A DNA stretch of 63,638 nucleotides from Schmidtea nova (Eukaryota): the NCBI GenBank assembly GCA_044892505.1, contig CM097883.1:231756363-231820000 (forward strand), written 5' to 3'. Position numbers and translations under genes: made by a program. Below, piece after piece: positions 61,295-63,638 of the stretch; within the stretch, counting starts at the first letter, position 1, and each line of letters starts with the position of its first letter. The notes beneath the pieces were generated by a model. The model saw nothing but the letters and a program-made list of their open reading frames with translations, was not told where the DNA came from and did no database searches.

Positions 61295-61615
61295 ATCATC
61301 AGTGCCATTTATGACATAATAAGTTTTCATTTTAAATACTTTATCATGTTCAAAGATAGCTGATTGGTCATAAAATTATGAATGAACCGAAAAAATAAAA
61401 AAAATATTATTTTCGATTTTTGTTAGTTTCATTTTAAGTTTCTGTTTCGACTTCGGGCCTTTCACAATCACTAACGTAACTAGGTAAGTTTTCACTAAAT
61501 GGCAACTGTCTGTTATTACTTTTACATGCACCAGATTATTAACCACCTTATTACCAAAATAGTAAACATGTGTCATACCAGATGCAAATTAACAATAAAA
61601 TAATGGATATTTACT
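61295..61615. repeat. Copy 2 of the diverged repeat of about 300 bp
   Basis: See 59345-59620. Confidence 0.7.
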
Positions 61616-63019
61616 GCTATTTACCGCTTTCTAAAAAACTATACAAAAATAATTATTTTGATGAGCTATTTTGTCGTCATGGTGACAACCTCATTTGCTT
61701 CTCCTTAGTTACAATATTAATCATACCAATGCAATTGTGACCCTGGCATGACTACTTAAATTATAATTTTTCAAATAATTTGATGGTATATGACAAACTG
61801 TTTAGATTTGTTACAAGGACTACTTAATTTTTAATCTTAAAATATATAATTTATTTTATCTTAAAATATATATTTAAATTTTATCTGTTAATTATTTTGC
61901 ACATTTTCAGACTATATAGTATAAATTGATATATTCTGAAGAATTGAACGAATTGATTTTTATGTATAATATTCTTCAAAAGTTTAGAAATTTGTAAAAT
62001 CAAATTGTAAAAATCAATAAAACAGATAAAATTTAAACCTGTTTATAACCTAAGCAGTTATATTTCTAAAGTAAAATGACTTAGACTTTGCGACACGTCG
62101 ATTGAAAATTATAGTCTAATATTGTTTAATGAAAACGAGAACAATTATTTTGGCTCAAATGTCATTAATTTCCTATTTTTACAAGTTCTATTGTGAATTT
62201 TGTTCTCCAAATACACAATACTTAAGACTTTCATGAATTTTTTTAGTGATATTGTCAAATTAGTGTAAAAATGAGCAAATAAATATGAAATAAAAAATCA
62301 ATGAAGATAATTATCGGTCAAAAATCAATATTTTTTATTTACAGGGAGAACACAGTCACTTTATACAAGTTATTTTTAGGAAATTTTCTTCAATATAGTA
62401 AACTTGTGTCCGTCTTTCAATATATTAACTTAAGATTTTACCCAAACTCTTACTTTTTATCAACAATATGGCATTTTTAATTTAAAGCCATCTGGAAACA
62501 TTGTACAATTCGTTCAATTACAGAAATTTTTTTTAAAATTGTTATTTATTTCTCTAAATTTAAAATTTAGGAAATATATTTCTTTAAAAAAAATCTATTT
62601 TACATAAATTAATATGTAATTTCAATTAAAAGACACGTTGACTTGAAAATGAGAGAAAAACAACAATATATAAAATCAATATAACAGGAAATGAATAAAT
62701 TCATTATTTAAAAAATCAACATTATTGAAAAATCGCTAAATCAACATTAATCCTTTATATGTTCGGATAAATCCGAATCCCTTTGTGTGCGGTTCTCAAG
62801 GGCGATATTCGGATTTTACATAATGAATTTTGTATAAAAATTAATCATTTTTACTATATAATTGACTTATTGTGTGACTACATGAAATCTTATTCGTCAG
62901 TTAAGGGGTTAAATAGAAAATCAATATAATTGGAAAATCAATATCAAATAAAAAATCAATGTTATGGAAATAATATTTAATTGATATTTCATTCAAAAAA
63001 ACTAATTAAAATTACTCAC

Positions 63020-63638
63020 AATGGCAGTATTTTTTAATTCGTAATATTTTCGCTGAAGAGCTAGCAATTCCGACTCAAGTTTGACAATGTGGGATTTCAT
63101 TTCTTCACTGGTACGATCACAGTTTGCAAAAGACTCGGTTGGTCTGACATAGGTTCCTTGAATAAAACTCTCAACAGGGGCAATAATTTCCAATTGTTGA
63201 CGACTCAAATCTATTGATTCTCGCAATTCTTTTTCCAATTGTTCGTATTTGGTTTTCCATTCAGTGTTTAATTCATTGACTTTCCTTTCAAGATTTCCAT
63301 TCAACTCATCATTTTGACGTTTCAAGTTCTCATTGGCTTTAACTAACTGCGATTTCAATTCACGTGTTTCACGTTCAACCTTCAACAGCTCTGCATTTTT
63401 CTCTTCCAGTTGCTTGGAAACGCTCTCAAACTCAACTTTCGATTTGGAATTCTGTAAATTAATTTCATTTTCACTGTTTGACTTTTTCAAATCTTCTATT
63501 TTTTTCTCAAATTGATTCTTTTCCTTTACCAGTTCTGCGATAACGATTTCATTATCCTTTAATTTTTGTGTTAATTCGATAATTTTCTCATTGGCTGAAT
63601 AATCCCTAGAAATATTTTCATTTTTCAAATGATCGATT
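63020..63638 (-). CDS. Gene B large coiled-coil exon, 3' part (open to the window edge); counterpart of gene A's giant exon
   Basis: Frame is open to 63638 with an ATT|gtgagt donor. ANEKIIEL matches the repeat's ANEKLVEL, and HIVKLESELLALQRKYYELK matches HIECLERELLHLQSKYFKLK at the end of the giant exon. Confidence 0.85.

Overview
AT-rich eukaryotic genomic DNA with many 41-58 bp introns, (AAT)n/(TA)n microsatellites and seven N runs. The taxon cannot be determined; the profile is compatible with a flatworm or similar invertebrate (inference). Two tandem, paralogous coiled-coil genes lie on the minus strand and have matching 3' exon sets. Gene B (63638 to stop at 53502) is only partly in the window. 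Gene A (at least 40127 to stop at 3630) contains one 28,638-bp internal exon made of about 28 near-identical 999-bp (333-aa) repeats, predicting a protein of at least about 9,780 aa. The shared C-terminal module resembles the kinectin/RRBP1 (p180) C-terminal coiled coil. This was recognised from memory and needs a database search. Introns and intergenic DNA hold Penelope-like element (PLE) fragments, two arranged as inverted duplications, with minimal type I hammerhead ribozyme motifs. There is also a family of short head-to-head palindromic elements whose arms carry a putative U3-A8 variant hammerhead. Other elements are two degenerate Gypsy remnants, a Merlin element with an 8-bp TSD, Tc1-like and pogo-like remnants, and a piggyBac-type MITE. 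No rRNA, tRNA or CRISPR feature is supported.
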